In this document: piece after piece, positions 61,001-64,000 of the stretch
Numbering within the stretch: the stretch's first letter is position 1
How the letters are laid out: every line of letters starts with the position of its first letter
NCBI RefSeq assembly: GCF_036321535.1
Contig: NC_087473.1
Coordinates: forward strand, 13,206,001-13,270,000
Source: Camelus dromedarius
Lineage: Eukaryota
Direction: 5' to 3'
Length of the DNA stretch: 64,000 nucleotides
Made by a program: the position numbers and the translations under genes
Notes under the pieces: model-generated
What the model was told of the DNA's origin: nothing
What the model saw: only the letters and a program-made list of their open reading frames with translations
Databases searched by the model: none

Positions 61001-64000
61001 CCACGCAGGACACCAGCAAGCCCCTGGCCAACGTCCGTACGCCCGACCCGTCCTGCGACAGTGGGAGCCTGCCCGTGCGCACTTCCATCGATGAGGGAGA
61101 CCAGCGCCGGACATGTCGTCGCGCCTGGGACTGCCCGGGTGCCCTGGTACCCGCAGGGGCGGCACGGAGGATGTGGGTCCTCCACCGTGGGACAACACCT
61201 GAAGGTAAGGGCCCGAGTGAAATGCCCCAGCAGGCATGGCCAGTTCCCACGTCCGTCTGAGCTTTGTCCGAGCCCCAGGAAGAATCCCACTTAAGCCGCG
61301 TCGCGTCCTCCAGGTTGGACCGCAAGGCCCGGCCACGGCACCCGAGCCTACGGGGGCCGGCTGCCTGTAAGCCTTCCTCCCCTACCCGTTGCCGGCTCGA
61401 CACGTTCCCCGCCTCCACTGCAGGGCAGGCCGGACCCGACCCCAGCCGTGGCGCCTACGGGCGCTTGGGGCGGCAAAGGTCGAGCGAGCCTTGTGAGAAC
61501 CCTGCCCAATCATTCCTCGAGTCTCTCCCCTTTGGCAGGTCCTTCTCAAGAGCCCTGGCCAGGCCTAGAGGCCTGAGGGGCCGCGGCCCTGCGGGGCGCC
61601 CACCACGGCCGCCTCAGCCCTCCCTCTGGGCCCCAGCCGCAGGGTCCCTGCAACGCAGCTGCCCTCGTGCCTTCAGAGCAGGGGAACCTAGGCACTGACC
61701 TGGGGAAGGGGCGAGGACAGCAGCAGCCCGAGCGGGACAAGAGGGGACCTCTGCCACCCTACGATTGTACACGGAGGCTCTCCGGCCTTCGGGTCCCCAA
61801 ACCCGACAGGCCGCAGCTGGTAGCGGACAGCCGGTGCCGCTGGGAGGCCAGGGAGGGCTGGGATCCATGAACCTCCCACCGCAACCCTCCACGACCGTGA
61901 AACGTTCTGCTGGGGCAGTCGGTCAAGCACACCCCCAAAGTGCGGCAAAGCAGGGGCGCTGTGGGGTGTCGTCGGGGACAGAGATGCTCACCACGCGGCC
62001 AAACTGCAAGGGACCGGGAGGGAGAGAAGGGGCACGCACCGCGCTCTCCCAGGCCCGGCTGTCCCACAGACGGTGCCTAGCTTTGTGCGGGGACCTCAGG
62101 TGTCTCCGGAAAGCGGCTGTCCCCTCGGGAAGGACCCCGCCGGGTGCTGGCCACCGACTGCCCTCCCCATCCCGTCTCGTCCCGCCCCCCACCCCAGACC
62201 TGCCCACTCGCCACCCCCCCAACACACACAGCCCCCCACCGCCTGCCGCCATCCCTCCCACAGGCCCCTTGCCCAAGATCTGTCTGCACCAGGACTGTCC
62301 CCTTCCGGTGGCCTGATGCCCAGGCAGCTCGGGGCTGTGTGTTGGAGGGATGTGTGGCTGGCAGTTCCCTGACCAGGACAGAGCCGCAGGGACTGTGTCC
62401 CGAGGAGAAGCGTGAGTTACTCTGAACGTTCGGGCCCCTTAGCTAGCCAGCGCAGACTCGGGTAGAAGCTTTCGGCCTACGTGTCACACAGCCTGAAGAG
62501 CGGCACAGCCCGCCACGGCGCAACGCCGGCGTGGGAGAGAGGGGAGGCGGCACACTGCCGGTCTGGGGCGGCGCGGGCCCTGCGGCCCCGCCCCCTGACC
62601 TTCGCCCCTCGGACTGTTGCGCCCCACGAGGAGACCCCAGGGAAAGGAAGGCGCTCACGCCCCGGGAGGCCTTTCCAGCAGGGGGAAGGGGCTCCTGTCT
62701 GCCACTTCCTCTCCTCCCCAAGACCCCGGAGCCTGAAAGCCAGCAATCTCGCTGCTGCCCCAGCCCCCGGAGGCGCCGGTCTTTTCCGCTCCCGCCCAGC
62801 CCCCGCCCGCAAACAGCCCGGCACCCTTGCCCGCCTGCTCCCCTGCTCCCTCACCCGCACAGCCTCACGTGCCGGCACGGGGCCACAGCCGCAGCTCACG
62901 CCCGCCTTTCCCTCACACTTGCTTGGACCCCTGCACCGCCCCACCCAGCCAGGGCTGAGCGGGGTCATGCCCGGAAGGATTCCACACTCACAGCCTGCCT
63001 CCTGGGGCGCCTGGGGGTGAACAGGGACCCTCGGCTTAAGAAGTCGCCCGTCTGGCGTGGGGCCGACGGCTGGCGCACACCCCAGACGGAGGGGGCTGAG
63101 TGAGGCTCCGCGAGCAGAGTGAACACTGAACCCAAGCCACAGCGGGCCACGAGGCCCCTACCCGCCAGCACCGGTCCCCGTCTCCTTCCCCGGCCCACAC
63201 AACAGGTCCCCAGCGCACCAGCCTGTCTCTTTCGTTGCTTCCTGCTCCGAGACCCTGCCCTGTTCGGAGGCAACCTGGCCTCCCCGGAGCAGCAGCCGAG
63301 TCCTGCCCTTCCCACGTCCTCCACTTCCTCAGGACCGCCTCTCTGCCACACACGGGCAGCCGGTTCAAAAGCCCCACCGGACTGGGCCGGAACATCGCCA
63401 ATCGGCGACCCGCGAACAATCACACAGGACGGGAGCAAGACAGGAGCACTCGTTAGCTTGTTGATGTCTCTCTCGGCCTCATTCCGGGTACGTGCTGCCC
63501 ACCCTCTGCAACCTCCACTGGCGATCCTTTCCTCGTTCCTCTCCGTTGCCCCAGACCCCGGCCGCCGGCCTCCCGCGTCTGCACGCGCCTCCGGGCTCTC
63601 CTTCTACTCGGCCGAACTCGCCTGCTCCGTCGCCTTCACCGCCAGCTCTGCAGGACCACCGACGCGTGAGAAAGCCTGCTCGCGGGCACGCGTGCACAGA
63701 ACGACACGGACACGCTCGGGAACAACACAAGGCGTAGCTGAAGCGGCCTGTGTCCAACAGACAACCGGAGAGATGGCGCACAACAGGCAGCACGCCCCGC
63801 CCTTTCTCCCCGGCGCCTCCCCGCTGGCCACCAGCCAGCCTGCGGCCCTTTCCAGGGCCGTCCGGGTGGAGCCAGGTCGCTAAGGGATGCGCCTGGACAT
63901 TCAGGGAAGACTGGGAGAACCAGCCCAGGAGAGGGACGGGACGCGACCCGGGAGCCCACCTCCTCAGCGTCTGGAGGCCTTGGCCATGCGGCCGGGGGCG

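Larger units (their letters stand above)
1..64000. repeat. Tandem macrosatellite/ampliconic array of TSPY-containing units, about 9.24 kb each (6.9 units)
   Basis: The anchor GGGATCGCCCTGGCCCAGCG recurs at 1, 9244, 18483, 27725, 36986, 46216 and 55458, and the ORF track repeats with the same period. Period differences are fully explained by small indels I could locate: CAG number, CCCCG number, a 12-bp hexamer deletion, poly-C length, 1-2 bp indels and the N gap. Confidence 0.99.

Noticed and set aside
1-64000. CRISPR array or prokaryotic system
   Set aside because: No short repeat-spacer structure; the sequence is a spliced mammalian gene array.

Overview
The window is a head-to-tail tandem array of a GC/CpG-rich unit of about 9.24 kb (6.9 units; periods 9243, 9239, 9242, 9261 including an N gap, 9230, 9242). 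Each unit carries one intron-containing TSPY-type gene (SET/NAP family) on the minus strand. Exons 2-4 are 78, 112 and 146 nt, the sizes I recall for mammalian TSPY, and the NAP motifs are intact. This most likely comes from an ampliconic Y region of a non-primate mammal (inference). Six copies run from exon 1 to the exon-5 stop; copy 1 is cut by the window edge. Every copy has the same in-frame TGA in the conserved N-terminal region (RVEAVRE*AAA). That TGA also sits inside a GTGAG 5' splice-site motif, and all downstream NAP exons stay open. A polymorphic CTG repeat starts 7 nt into intron 1. Introns 3 and 4 can be read through in frame, and the copies are haplotype mosaics. Two technical features: a 143-N gap over the copy-4 CTG repeat, and a 17-mer at 35475-35491 matching, from memory, PacBio barcode bc1008. 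I found no RNA genes, CRISPR arrays or recognisable transposons. Nearly all ORFs in the supplied track are GC-rich noise. All comparisons to known proteins are from memory, not database searches.
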